Below, in pieces: positions 47,246 to 56,655 of a stretch of DNA of 64,000 nucleotides. Numbering within the stretch: the first letter of the stretch is position 1; the number at the start of each line of letters is the position of its first letter. A program made the translations under genes and the position numbers. Below the pieces are notes generated by a model that ran no database searches, was not told where the DNA came from, and saw nothing but the letters and a program-made list of their open reading frames with translations. Source of the stretch: an uncultured bacterium (GTDB lineage Bacteria; Oederibacteriota; JAAXVQ01); the NCBI GenBank assembly GCA_964604705.1, contig CAZSAP010000014.1:1-64000 (forward strand). The letters run 5' to 3'.

Positions 47246-47366
47246 GGGGGTAACACGCTTTCCTTTCTTTCCTCAAGTACGTTACCTAAAAAGTCGATGC
47301 TGGAACAGAAGCACAAGTGCGCTTCCGCGTACTATTGGGGGTAAAAAAAATGCTACGCTTTGGCCC

Positions 47367-47576
47367 ATGAAAAACTTGCCTCGGATCGTAGCTAAAAATG
47401 TTCAAACCCTGCTCAACGAACGCTCAAAGTCCGCCGAGAAACTCGCCTTTGAAATCGGCATGAGCAAGAGCTTCATTTACGAATTCCTGCGCGGCGAAAA
47501 GGACATAACCCTTCACTACATACAGCTTATTGCGGACGGGCTTGAAGTTGAGCCTAGTGAGTTGTTGAAGAAGTAG
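47367..47576 (+). CDS. XRE-family helix-turn-helix transcriptional regulator
   Basis: 69 aa. IVAKNVQTLLNERSKSAEKLAFEIGMSKSFIYEFLRGEK is a Cro/C1-type HTH. Start at the Met at 47367, not the upstream 47226. Confidence 0.7.
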   Translation: MKNLPRIVAKNVQTLLNERSKSAEKLAFEIGMSKSFIYEFLRGEKDITLHYIQLIADGLEVEPSELLKK

Positions 47577-47678
47577 TTCCGTACGCCATAGCGTACCACT
47601 ATAGATAATTAAACTAATGAATACAAGTACTTTTCAAATTAAATCAAAAATATCAACATCTTTAATTAGGAGCGCAAT

Positions 47679-48647
47679 ATGAAAAAGAGGACAATAATAA
47701 TTTTGTTTATTATTACTGTACTCTTTCAACAAACATCAATTTTCGCAGATGACTTTACGTATGATAGTAATGAACTCAGAGAAACTATTGAGCAAAGTGA
47801 ACAGTATAAAACAAATCCATCAAAATTTTTACAAGATGATTTTGGCCTTCCCTTCCTTGCAAGTATCGATTCTACTAATACCTTTTTCTTAGGTCTGGAA
47901 GAATTGATTAAATCGAATAAGTATTCTGGAATGCAACGCGAATATTTGCTTTTCGCATATATTTCATATTGCATTAAGCTTGCCGATATCAAGCAAGCAC
48001 ACCTAATCTACAAAAAAGCAATCAGGCAATTTCCAAATTCAAAAATTCTTACTTACTACCGAAGATATTTTGACGAACTCAAACATTTTGAAATAGCTTT
48101 ACTTACAGTTAAACAAATTAAAAATAAGCCGAAAATGTTATGGGAAACCGCCAGTATTACAAAACAATTTATCGATTCATTTAAATGTTTCTTTATTTCT
48201 GATGGGATCTACACTGATTATTCGTTCTATCATAATGCTCTATTCTCTTTATATGAACTTTATCCAAATAGTACATATGCGTCACAAGCCGCATTTATTC
48301 TTCTCGATGAAAACGCCGAGCCATTTAATCGGAAATACAAGCTTTACTCTGAGTTAGATAAAATTACGTATTTTAAATCTTTATTAATCAAGTTCCCCAA
48401 TCATCCATATATTGAAAACATCTATTACTGTATTGGTAACGGTTACTTCAAGTATGGTTGTGAAACTGAAAAGCTAACTGATCAAGATCGATTAAAGTCC
48501 CTTACCCAAGCAAAGCAAACATTCCAAACACTCATTCATAAATTTCCTGAATCCGATTTTGTGAGTTCATCTACTGAACATATAGCACGAATTGATTCTA
48601 TGATTGCTCAGGGTCAACTTTTTCAACCTGATGAAGGTGGCGATTAA
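47679..48647 (+). CDS. Secreted TPR-like repeat protein, AT-rich
   Basis: Signal peptide. Repeats of the form AIRQFPNS / LIKFPNHPY...IGNGYF / LIHKFPESDF. About 33% GC versus ~60% in the core. Confidence 0.55.
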   Translation: MKKRTIIILFIITVLFQQTSIFADDFTYDSNELRETIEQSEQYKTNPSKFLQDDFGLPFLASIDSTNTFFLGLEELIKSNKYSGMQREYLLFAYISYCIKLADIKQAHLIYKKAIRQFPNSKILTYYRRYFDELKHFEIALLTVKQIKNKPKMLWETASITKQFIDSFKCFFISDGIYTDYSFYHNALFSLYELYPNSTYASQAAFILLDENAEPFNRKYKLYSELDKITYFKSLLIKFPNHPYIENIYYCIGNGYFKYGCETEKLTDQDRLKSLTQAKQTFQTLIHKFPESDFVSSSTEHIARIDSMIAQGQLFQPDEGGD

Positions 48648-48793
48648 GACATTGTTGGAGGCGGATATCTTCTTGCTCCAAACTAACTGATCACTGTACT
48701 AAAGGAGGTGTTTCCGTTCAATTGGTTTACAATTATCGGTTTATTCGATTATCCAAAAATTGTCCCCTTACCCAAAATCGCCTAGCCAACTCT

Positions 48794-49798
48794 TTATTCA
48801 GTCAATCCTATTTGCCAAAGCATCGCAACTTGCCATCCCTCTTGCTTCAAATAGCCAACAATTTCTCGGGTTAGTTTGAATCCATTCGCTTTATATAAAG
48901 TAAATAGTTTCTCCACCAAAGGATAATACGCTGAGGTTTTATTTTCTTTTAAAAAGAGCTCATAGCTTTGTACTGCTTCTGATCTTATCTTTGGCTTTGA
49001 AAACTCAAACACTGGGGAATTATCAATCCCTCCAATATAAATACCAAACATGAACTTAAGTTCTTTCGCCAACGCCTCACGCTCGATAAAATTTGGATGT
49101 GCCTTAATAAACTCTTCTCGCCAGATGATGTTTTGACGTAATTTATCCCAACTGCAACGCAGAGCTGCATCTTCAAGAAGGGGGGAACTATTATTCCGCT
49201 CTTCCCAATGCTGCCTTGCTAAATATTTTTTCAGGTCAAATTCAAACCCGGCGAGTACTGTTTCTAGTAGATAGTTGCTATCTATTTTATTGAAAATGTA
49301 ACCTTCACTACCATAAAAAGAAATACCATGCTTGGTCATGTCGCGAAGGACCGCATGTTCAGCTTGATATTTCACTCTCATTTCGCCAACATAACCTGGC
49401 TTTACATTAAGCGACCTTTCTATATTTACATCGTGTTCTTGACTAATTGGCTGCTCTTTAGCATGGAAAAAATTAAACGCCTGCTGCATGGTTGGGTTTG
49501 AAGAAATATCGAGTTTATGATTACATTCATTTAGATACTTCCGAGCTATGCAGAAGCCTGTTTCCGCCCATTCAGAATTTTTGAAAAACGTGCTTCGGTA
49601 CAGGGCAGTGATTTCATCAATAGCTTGAAGCGGAGGTTGGGTGTTGGTAATCTCCTCCACCTTCTTTTCAAAGTCACCCAATACGGTCTCAGCCTTATTG
49701 TTTGCCCAGACTACCGAAGCTATTAGTAGCATCCAGCTCGTTAAAAAAACAAACCACACTTTAATCAGCATCTCGTCTCCATAAACTGAAGGTGCCAC
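48794..49798 (-). CDS. Membrane-anchored hypothetical protein, AT-rich
   Basis: N-terminal TM helix (WFVFLTSWMLLIASVVWA), no motifs recognised. Low GC. Start 49798 or the internal Met at 49771. Confidence 0.5.
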   Translation of the reverse strand: MAPSVYGDEMLIKVWFVFLTSWMLLIASVVWANNKAETVLGDFEKKVEEITNTQPPLQAIDEITALYRSTFFKNSEWAETGFCIARKYLNECNHKLDISSNPTMQQAFNFFHAKEQPISQEHDVNIERSLNVKPGYVGEMRVKYQAEHAVLRDMTKHGISFYGSEGYIFNKIDSNYLLETVLAGFEFDLKKYLARQHWEERNNSSPLLEDAALRCSWDKLRQNIIWREEFIKAHPNFIEREALAKELKFMFGIYIGGIDNSPVFEFSKPKIRSEAVQSYELFLKENKTSAYYPLVEKLFTLYKANGFKLTREIVGYLKQEGWQVAMLWQIGLTE

Positions 49799-49826
49799 AC
49801 ACTATTTGGAACAAAACGTGGACGGC

Positions 49827-49860
49827 GTTAACTTTGTAAACGTAGGCACATCTATCCGCC
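49827..49860 (-). promoter_or_regulatory. Conserved palindromic promoter/operator-like motif (copy 1)
   Basis: GTTAACTTTGTAAACGT...ATCCGCC. About 30 bp upstream of the minus-strand gene start. Family consensus GTCAACTTTGTAAAGTTAAAC (core AACTTT-gta-AAGTT palindrome). Gene-sense reading contains TTGAC(A). Confidence 0.5.
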
Positions 49861-49887
49861 AAACAATGTCTCGAACATATTATTCTG

Positions 49888-49910
49888 CGGGCGTATGTAA
49901 TACGCCCCTA
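49888..49910. repeat. Palindromic element copy GGGCGTATGTAATACGCCCCTAC plus a 35-bp extension shared with 55162-55225
   Basis: Member of the GTAGGGGCGTAT-TGC-ATACGCCCCTAC family. The following ACGGCGCATGTTGTACGCCTCACGACT is repeated at 55190-55222. Confidence 0.7.
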
Positions 49911-50137
49911 CACATTTAACGGCGCATGTTGTACGCCTCACGACTGTTTGGTGCTTTGGGGGACGGAAACAACTTAGCAACTTAGACAAGACCTGAACCG
50001 TTAAACCCTTTTTCTATGTAGCCAGCGCAGGACTCGATCTATTCGCTTATGCCCCTATAAACGTCTACTTTCAGCTTATACTTTCCATTTTGATTTCTGG
50101 TCTTGCATCCGCCAACCAACGTCTCTGACTGCTAGTG

Positions 50138-50156
50138 GGCGTATGCAATACGCCCT
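50138..50156. repeat. Palindromic element copy (GGGCGTATGCAATACGCCC)
   Basis: Shortened member of the family. Confidence 0.6.
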
Positions 50157-50223
50157 CAGCCGGTTTGCCAAAAGGTGTCCGCTACCAAAATTTCAACAAT
50201 GAGTGAATTTATTCTACTTTTCA

Positions 50224-51726
50224 CTATCGTACAATGGCAATCTTGCCACTACCCAATTTTTTATACCGACCATTTGTTTTGGTTCGGGCCCGGTAGGTAT
50301 ATACGCCTGACGCAACATTGCCGCATTCCCAGACTGGAGCTACGGTGGAATCACTTTGTTGGATTCTAGCAATGCGTTCGCCACACATATTATATATTTC
50401 AGCATCAAACTCAATTCCATCGGTTTCCTGAAATGCAAAGGTCACTTTGGTATGAGCCGGGTTGGGAAACGTAATGACCGGTTTATCAGCTGTGAACGTA
50501 AGTGGCCATGACTTGGGAGGAACTTCTTTAACTGTCATTATCCGAATCTGTGGGTAGGATGCATTTTCCGCAGCTTCACTCCACCCCAGGTAAAGTTCGT
50601 TGTGGAAGATATCCAGATAAGGATTTTGGGCGTGGATATTTGGGTTAAGGTTGAACGAATTGGCTGACGCTCCAAACAACGCCCAAGATCCATTTTCAAA
50701 TTTTTGTAAGTAAATATTGTCATTTTCAATCCAGGTCAGATAAATAGTCTGGTCCAGTGCAGTAAGGATCGGCGAAGCGGCGTACGTTTCACTTATTTTT
50801 ATAAGCGGCGGTAATAATTCCCAGGCCGTTCCGTTATAACGCTTAACAACAATATTCGACGATTCCCGCCAAGTAACATAAAGGCTCTCGCCAATTTCCT
50901 TTAGACAGATTTGATAGGCGGATTTATTCTCAGAAATACTGATATCAAGGTTTAACCCTCCGCCATCAACACTCTCCCAGGCCGTGCCATTAAATCGTTT
51001 CAAAAACAAAACGGCAGTTTTTTTATTATCAACGTATTCAAGCCACGCTGCATACGGGACCCCTTTATATGCACATATTTTCGGATAAGTCCCGCTGTTG
51101 CTCGGATTGTTCACGCACGATCCCCCTACGGCTTCCCAATCTGTTCCATTAAATTTCTTTACATATATTTTTGTAGCGCCATACGCGACTTTATCTTCAC
51201 ACCAGGTTATATAGGGTTGGTCATTAATAATCTGAATATCCGGTTGGCTTGCGCTATATCCATCTAAATTTTTTAGTCCCCCACTTCCCATCAAACTCCA
51301 GGAGCTACCATTATAATATTTTGCATATACTTGAAACGGATAGTAATTATTTTCAGCCCATGTGGCAGTAACGCCATTGTTCCAGATAGCAATTTGGGGT
51401 TGTGATGCTGTCTCGTCAACATTTACGTTTAAACTGTCCGCTCCAAGAACCTGCCAATCTGTACCGTTATACTTTTTCACATACGCTTGCCAGGACTTAA
51501 AATTCCAAGCACCATGCATTGAATGTTCCTGCCACGTGCAATATAAAAACTCATTGTTGCTGCAAAAATCCGGCGAATAGGCTTCTTCCTGTGAATTCAT
51601 ATTCAAACTCATGCTTACTTTCCGAGTTTTTACAGCGGCCTGACACGGCAGTGCCCAAACTATCAACATTAATATCGCTGTCCATCGCGATATATATTTT
51701 TTTAATGTTTTGATTTTTAATTGCAT
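50224..51726 (-). CDS. Secreted repeat (beta-propeller-like) protein with T9SS-type CTD
   Basis: Signal peptide. Six repeats of Y(V/A)KK(F/Y)NGT(D/A)W(E/Q)xxG. CTD ITFPNPAHTKVTF...IYNMCGERI...GVYTYRARTKTNG...KIAIVR. About 42% GC. Confidence 0.65.
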   Translation of the reverse strand: MQLKIKTLKKYISRWTAILMLIVWALPCQAAVKTRKVSMSLNMNSQEEAYSPDFCSNNEFLYCTWQEHSMHGAWNFKSWQAYVKKYNGTDWQVLGADSLNVNVDETASQPQIAIWNNGVTATWAENNYYPFQVYAKYYNGSSWSLMGSGGLKNLDGYSASQPDIQIINDQPYITWCEDKVAYGATKIYVKKFNGTDWEAVGGSCVNNPSNSGTYPKICAYKGVPYAAWLEYVDNKKTAVLFLKRFNGTAWESVDGGGLNLDISISENKSAYQICLKEIGESLYVTWRESSNIVVKRYNGTAWELLPPLIKISETYAASPILTALDQTIYLTWIENDNIYLQKFENGSWALFGASANSFNLNPNIHAQNPYLDIFHNELYLGWSEAAENASYPQIRIMTVKEVPPKSWPLTFTADKPVITFPNPAHTKVTFAFQETDGIEFDAEIYNMCGERIARIQQSDSTVAPVWECGNVASGVYTYRARTKTNGRYKKLGSGKIAIVR

Positions 51727-51854
51727 AAATAAGCTCCAATCAACCTTTAGATTAGGGGGCGGAATTATTTTATTAGTCTACGGAAATTCGCCTGCTAACG
51801 AACTTTTATAAAAGAGAGCCCCTAAAACGAATAAACCAAGTCCGGCCTCCGTCA

Positions 51855-52475
51855 CTAAATATCTAAATGCATCCCCAGGTCGCCACCAAAAATAACCTTC
51901 TGTTGGACATCCGTAGCCCGCTCCCAGTCTAGGTATGCGGGCGGGCAAAGTATCGACTGATAGGCCAACGCCATCTGCCGCGCTGCCTCACTGGCCGAAA
52001 CCTGACCAGTGGCAGTACCCAATCCTGGGCAGGCGAGCACATTTATTTTCCGAGTTTGGGTTTGGTTATGCTGATGGACGGCTAAAAGCGCAGCGCGCAT
52101 TGCCAGATACACATAATCCGTATGTGCTATAGGCATGGGCACACGCATGGTTGGTGTATGCGCAACAAAGGGATGCTTGGGATCGCCGGTTTCTACCACA
52201 AACGAGGTTCCCACCGGCTGCTCCCCAAGGTAGTCCGACACAATCTTCGCCTGAACCCGCTCCTGGAGTTGCATGCCGAAAAAGTCCCGAATCGCCAAAT
52301 CCACCCCGCCGTCCATAAGGCCAAACGAGTTGGCCGCGCTCACCAAGCAGTCAAACTCCTGTGTTTCAAAAAGGCCGCAAACCACTCGAACGTCAGCGTA
52401 CTGGGCAAACTCACGCTGCCACGCTTGCGTTAGTTCCAAGTTTGGGGCCACCAGAAGCACTCGAACTTTGTCCAT
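51855..52475 (-). CDS. Stand-alone macro domain protein (ADP-ribose/O-acetyl-ADP-ribose processing)
   Basis: DCLVSAANSFGLMDGGVDLAIRDFFG, GTSFVVETGD.KHPFVAHTPTMR and LACPGLGTATGQVSASEAA match the three macro-domain signature blocks. Confidence 0.8.
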   Translation of the reverse strand: MDKVRVLLVAPNLELTQAWQREFAQYADVRVVCGLFETQEFDCLVSAANSFGLMDGGVDLAIRDFFGMQLQERVQAKIVSDYLGEQPVGTSFVVETGDPKHPFVAHTPTMRVPMPIAHTDYVYLAMRAALLAVHQHNQTQTRKINVLACPGLGTATGQVSASEAARQMALAYQSILCPPAYLDWERATDVQQKVIFGGDLGMHLDI

Positions 52476-52713
52476 GACGCCTCATGAAATGAATATAAAC
52501 TCGTTTGTTTGTGTTTATTTTCTATTTTTAACTACTGTACTTACCCTGCTTGACTAGTGCTGCTTCTCTAGAGCTTTTGGTGATTGGTTCTGATGACTGT
52601 TTCTCTTGGACTTCTGTGCGACTTATGTAAAACTATAGTTCTTTTGCTGGCTTAATTCAAGAGGTTTGACGTCCTCGGAATTGCCTTGTTCCCCTCCTAG
52701 CGTCCTTTATCGT

Positions 52714-55059
52714 TTAACGTATGATTGCCAGTTTGACCCTATCTATCACCCTACCGTCCACTTCAAAGACCGCTAGATAGATACCTGGCGCAATCCCGCG
52801 GCAATCGCAGACAATTTCAGACCGCTGTATCCCAGAGAGACTTCGTGACAGCTCTATAACCTTTTCACCTACTAGGTTTAACAGACGTATTTTAACTTCG
52901 ATGGGTTTTTCTGAAGAAAACAAGAATATAATTTTGTCCCGAGCAGGATTGGGATAAGCAAAAACATCTCGACCAAATAGATTAGTCCGATTCGGTGTTA
53001 TAGTAATTGTTGGAGTAACCGTGCGGTTATAAGTAATCGTATCGGTGGGAGTATTAGGGGTTGTCGATGTTGGGTTTATATTTCCACAGTCACTAATACT
53101 CCAGCCATATGTATTGACCAGTATATTTCTGGCAGTAACTGCTTCAGCACTACTATATTTGCTACTTCCGGCATTAAAGCTTACATTATTTTTTACACTT
53201 TGAGAGCCCCAGCCTGTTAGCAGATTATCATAATTTGCACTAGCGAGAGTAACGCCATCAAACATGTCTGAAGCAGTTGTAAGTTTGGTTACATTCCATC
53301 CACCTATGGATTGATTAAAGGTGCTTGCATTTTTAAACATATTACTCATATCCGTCACATTTTCTGTGTTCCAACTCCCAATAGCTTGATTAAAAGCGCT
53401 AGCATAATAAAACATAGAGCTCATATTCGTCACCTTCGACGTGTCCCAGTTCCCGATATTTCGATTAAAAACACTGCAGTAAAACATACTTCTCATACTT
53501 GTTACCTTTGATGTGTTCCAGTTCCCGATATCTTGATTAAAAACCCTAGCATTATCAAACATATTGGCCATATTCGTCACGTTCCCTGTGTTCCAGCTCC
53601 CGATATCTTGATTAAAGGCCCAAGCATTATCAAACATATTGGCCATATCCGTCACGTTCCCTGTGTTCCAGCTCCCGATATCTTGATTAAAGGCCGTGGC
53701 CTCAACAAACATCCGCCTCATACTTGTCACTTTAGACGTATTCCAGCTCCCGATGTCTTGATTAAAGGCATAGTTGTCAAAAAACATCCCGCTCATATCC
53801 GTCACATTCGCCGTGTCCCAGCTTCCAATATTCTGATTAAACCTTGTACCTTCGAACATACCTCTCATACTCGTCACCTTTGATGTGTTCCAGTTCCCGA
53901 TATTTTGATTAAAGACGCTAGCACACAGGAACATACAGTTCATATCCGTCACATTTCCTGTGTTCCAACTCCCGATATCTTGATTAAAGGCGCGGGCGAA
54001 ATAAAACATAAAACCCATATCTGTCACATTCGCCGTGTCCCAGCTCCCGATATTCTGATTAAAACTTGTACGTTCGAACATACTTCTCATACTTGTCACC
54101 TTCGATGTGTTCCAGTTTCCGATATTTTGATTAAAGACGCCGGCACCAGCAAACATACCGCTCATATCCGTTACATTTCCTGTGTTCCAACTCCCAATAT
54201 CTTGATTGAAGGCACTAGCGTCAGCAAACATCTCATGCATATTCGTTACCTTAAACGTTTTCCAGCTTCCGATATTTTGATTAAAAACGTTGGCACTATA
54301 AAACATATGGCTCATATCTGTCACATTTTCTGTGTTCCAGTTCCCAATATTCTGATTAAAAACGCCGGCGCCATAAAACATCTGCCTCATAGCTGTTACA
54401 TTTGACGTATTCCAATTTCCGATATTCTGATTAAAGGCGCCGGCATACAAAAACATGTAGCTCATATTCGTTACATTCGCCGTGTTCCAGCTTCCGATAT
54501 TCTGATTAAAGCCGGTACTGCCGAATAAACCACTCATATTTGTCACATTTGCCGTGTTCCAGTTCCCAATATTCTGATTAAAATTAGTACTTGCTAACAT
54601 CCAGCTCATATTGGTTACGTTGCTCAAATTTGGTGTATCTGTGGCATTCCCAAGGAGATTGATGCAACCGGAAAATGCACGTTCCATGCTGGTCCAGATA
54701 CCTGTTCCCCATTGATCAACGCTGATGATTTTTTTACTATCGCCGGTGTAGTTAAAGTAAATCCTGGGAAAACCAGTCTTCATGCCACTGTTGTCTTTAA
54801 TGCGGATGGTATAAGTTCCCGCTATGGCGTAATTACAAGTATAGTCCCCGGTTTGCGCGGTGGCTTCATCTGTACCGTCGTTATTACAGTCCACGTTGTA
54901 GTTGTAGCCCGCGCCTGTAGTGGGGATTATGAATTGATTGGAAAACGAAGTTCCCGAGTTGTCGGTCTTAACAGTGATAACGAAATCATCAGTGGGTGCA
55001 GCTTGTAACACAACAGGAGTCAGCAATACGGTCAAAACAATACAAACTATTTTTTTCAT
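52714..55059 (-). CDS. BspA-family/DUF285 leucine-rich-repeat surface protein with T9SS-type CTD
   Basis: Signal peptide. About 18 tandem ~23-aa repeats FNQNIGNWNTSNVTxMxxMF (DUF285/BspA LRR type). CTD FAYPNPARDKIIF...LLNLVGEKV...GIYLAVFEVDGRVIDRVKLAIIR. About 42% GC. Confidence 0.75.
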   Translation of the reverse strand: MKKIVCIVLTVLLTPVVLQAAPTDDFVITVKTDNSGTSFSNQFIIPTTGAGYNYNVDCNNDGTDEATAQTGDYTCNYAIAGTYTIRIKDNSGMKTGFPRIYFNYTGDSKKIISVDQWGTGIWTSMERAFSGCINLLGNATDTPNLSNVTNMSWMLASTNFNQNIGNWNTANVTNMSGLFGSTGFNQNIGSWNTANVTNMSYMFLYAGAFNQNIGNWNTSNVTAMRQMFYGAGVFNQNIGNWNTENVTDMSHMFYSANVFNQNIGSWKTFKVTNMHEMFADASAFNQDIGSWNTGNVTDMSGMFAGAGVFNQNIGNWNTSKVTSMRSMFERTSFNQNIGSWDTANVTDMGFMFYFARAFNQDIGSWNTGNVTDMNCMFLCASVFNQNIGNWNTSKVTSMRGMFEGTRFNQNIGSWDTANVTDMSGMFFDNYAFNQDIGSWNTSKVTSMRRMFVEATAFNQDIGSWNTGNVTDMANMFDNAWAFNQDIGSWNTGNVTNMANMFDNARVFNQDIGNWNTSKVTSMRSMFYCSVFNRNIGNWDTSKVTNMSSMFYYASAFNQAIGSWNTENVTDMSNMFKNASTFNQSIGGWNVTKLTTASDMFDGVTLASANYDNLLTGWGSQSVKNNVSFNAGSSKYSSAEAVTARNILVNTYGWSISDCGNINPTSTTPNTPTDTITYNRTVTPTITITPNRTNLFGRDVFAYPNPARDKIIFLFSSEKPIEVKIRLLNLVGEKVIELSRSLSGIQRSEIVCDCRGIAPGIYLAVFEVDGRVIDRVKLAIIR

Positions 55060-55094
55060 CCTAATTCCCCTGAAGTTTTTTAATGGGGGACGGT

Positions 55095-55126
55095 GTCAAC
55101 TTTGCAAACTTAAACCACCTATCCTC
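55095..55126 (-). promoter_or_regulatory. Conserved palindromic promoter/operator-like motif (copy 2)
   Basis: GTCAACTTTGCAAACTTAAACCACCTATCCTC, 36 bp upstream of the BspA-like gene start. Confidence 0.5.
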
Positions 55127-55161
55127 ATTCACCCCTTATGTCTAAACGCACTGCTTTTTTT

Positions 55162-55225
55162 GGGCGTATGCAATACGCCCCTACACATTCAACGGCGCAT
55201 GTTGTACGCCTCACGACTATTTGAT
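55162..55225. repeat. Palindromic element copy plus shared 35-bp extension
   Basis: TTTTTTT-GGGCGTATGCAATACGCCCCTAC-ACATTCAACGGCGCATGTTGTACGCCTCACGACT. Same composite unit as 49888-49945. Confidence 0.7.
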
Positions 55226-55316
55226 GCTTCTGCTGTTTGAAATATTCTGATGAAACTGCTCTAGGACTGCCAGGAGAATCATATGCCTTTTACTCTGGGT
55301 GGACAAGTACTTTTCC

Positions 55317-55838
55317 TCACGTCCCTGCGGTAAACCCGATCTTCCTTTTCTTCGACGCTTCAGGCTCAGGGCGCAGGTCGTCGAGGACCTGAAACACTTC
55401 GTCTATTTGCCGATCATGTTTGAGTAACTTCACCTCATGCCGGTTAAGCCGCTCAAGTAGATGCCGTTGGCTCTCTTGACTGTTTCGCAACTGAATAAAC
55501 GCACGCATTATTTGAACGTTGACCATGATGGCTCGTTGACTTCTTAAAACGCTCGACAACATAGCCACTCCGGGTTCGAGAAAAACAAACGGCAAAAATC
55601 CGCCGAAACTTCGTTTGCTTGGTATCACACTTTGTGATACCAACGCTTCTGCTTCAGACTTAGCTAGTTGAAAAACGAAATCCTCAGGAAATCTGTGGGC
55701 ATTGCGTTTTACTTGCTGGCGTAGAGCAATGGCTTTAACCCCATACAGTTCTGCCAGGTCGCGGTCCAACATAACCTTCTGCCCGCGTATAAGATGGATT
55801 TTTCTTTCAATGCGTTCAACCGGGACTAGTTCCGACAT
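55317..55838 (-). CDS. ORF6N-domain protein (KilA-N-like DNA-binding, phage antirepressor-type), copy A
   Basis: MSELVPVERIERKIHLIRGQKVMLDRDLAELYGV...VKRN..RFPEDF...GVAMLSSVLRS..AI.VN matches ORF6N. The long N-terminal extension in the ORF track (VCNTPLRIRTKC...) is translation of the palindrome and a conserved leader, so the start is placed at MSELV. Confidence 0.75.
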   Translation of the reverse strand: MSELVPVERIERKIHLIRGQKVMLDRDLAELYGVKAIALRQQVKRNAHRFPEDFVFQLAKSEAEALVSQSVIPSKRSFGGFLPFVFLEPGVAMLSSVLRSQRAIMVNVQIMRAFIQLRNSQESQRHLLERLNRHEVKLLKHDRQIDEVFQVLDDLRPEPEASKKRKIGFTAGT

Positions 55839-55924
55839 ACTCACTCCTGATAGAGATTGGGTTTTTATTTGGACAGGAGTGTTGCGGAAAAATCGCAGGT
55901 AGAAGATACATTTTGTTCGTATTC

Positions 55925-55951
55925 GTAGGGGCGTATTGCATACGCCCCTAC
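55925..55951. repeat. Perfect 27-bp palindrome GTAGGGGCGTATTGCATACGCCCCTAC
   Basis: 12-bp stems with a 3-nt loop. Directly abuts the stop codon of ORF6N copy B. Confidence 0.75.
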
Positions 55952-56469
55952 ATGCCGATTTTAAACCCGATCTTCTTTTTCTTTGGCGCTTCCGGTTCAG
56001 GACGCAGGTCGTCGAGGACCTGAAACACTTCGTCCAGCTTGTGTTCATGCTGCATCAACTTCGTCTCGTGTTTGTTTAGCTGATTCAGCACAAACAGCTG
56101 AGCTCCTTGCTCAATACGGAGTTGAATAAAAATCCGTATTATCTGGATATTAACTTGTATGGCGCGCTCAGTGTTGAGGACACCGGATAACATCGCGACT
56201 CCACCTTCAGAAAACGCGTGAGGTAAATATTTACTATGTTCGCCACGCTTTAAGGTCACAAAATGTGACCTTAAAGCATTGAGTTCACTCAACACTAATT
56301 GGAACATGAAATCATCCGGAAAACGGTTCAAATTGCGCTTCACCGCTTGGTTGAATACTTTGGTTTCCACCCCATACAACTCAGCGAGGTCACGGTCCAG
56401 CATGACTTTTTGCCCGCGGATGAGGTAAATTTTTCGTTCAATGCGTTCAACCGGTACAAGTTCCGCCAC
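55948..56469 (-). CDS. ORF6N-domain protein, copy B
   Basis: MAELVPVERIERKIYLIRGQKVMLDRDLAELYGVETKVFNQAVKRNLNRFPDDFMFQL... ending PEPEAPKKKKIGFKIGM. Confidence 0.75.
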   Translation of the reverse strand: MAELVPVERIERKIYLIRGQKVMLDRDLAELYGVETKVFNQAVKRNLNRFPDDFMFQLVLSELNALRSHFVTLKRGEHSKYLPHAFSEGGVAMLSGVLNTERAIQVNIQIIRIFIQLRIEQGAQLFVLNQLNKHETKLMQHEHKLDEVFQVLDDLRPEPEAPKKKKIGFKIGM

Positions 56470-56655
56470 TGCAACTCCTGTACGAAATTATATTAATCAT
56501 TTCGACAGGAGTGTTGCGGAAAAATCGCGTGCGGGTGATGAATTATTATCAAAAGAGGGCAACCAATGTCTCAAGCCAATAGCTAATACAAATTTCTGTT
56601 GTTGAAATGAGGTGAGTGTATAGTTCCCCTATAAACCTAAAAAATCACAACGACA

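Noticed and set aside
51855-52475. DarTG toxin-antitoxin
   Set aside because: Only a macro domain (206 aa) is present. There is no DarT/DUF4433 gene and no C-terminal DarT-binding domain.
55839-56048. Long N-terminal extensions of the ORF6N ORFs (also 60029..60205), for example ...RGVCNTPLRIRTKCIFYLRFFRNTPVQIKTQSLSGVS
   Set aside because: These residues are the translation of the palindrome and the conserved noncoding leader. The conserved ORF6N domain starts at MSELVPVE, which is the more likely start.
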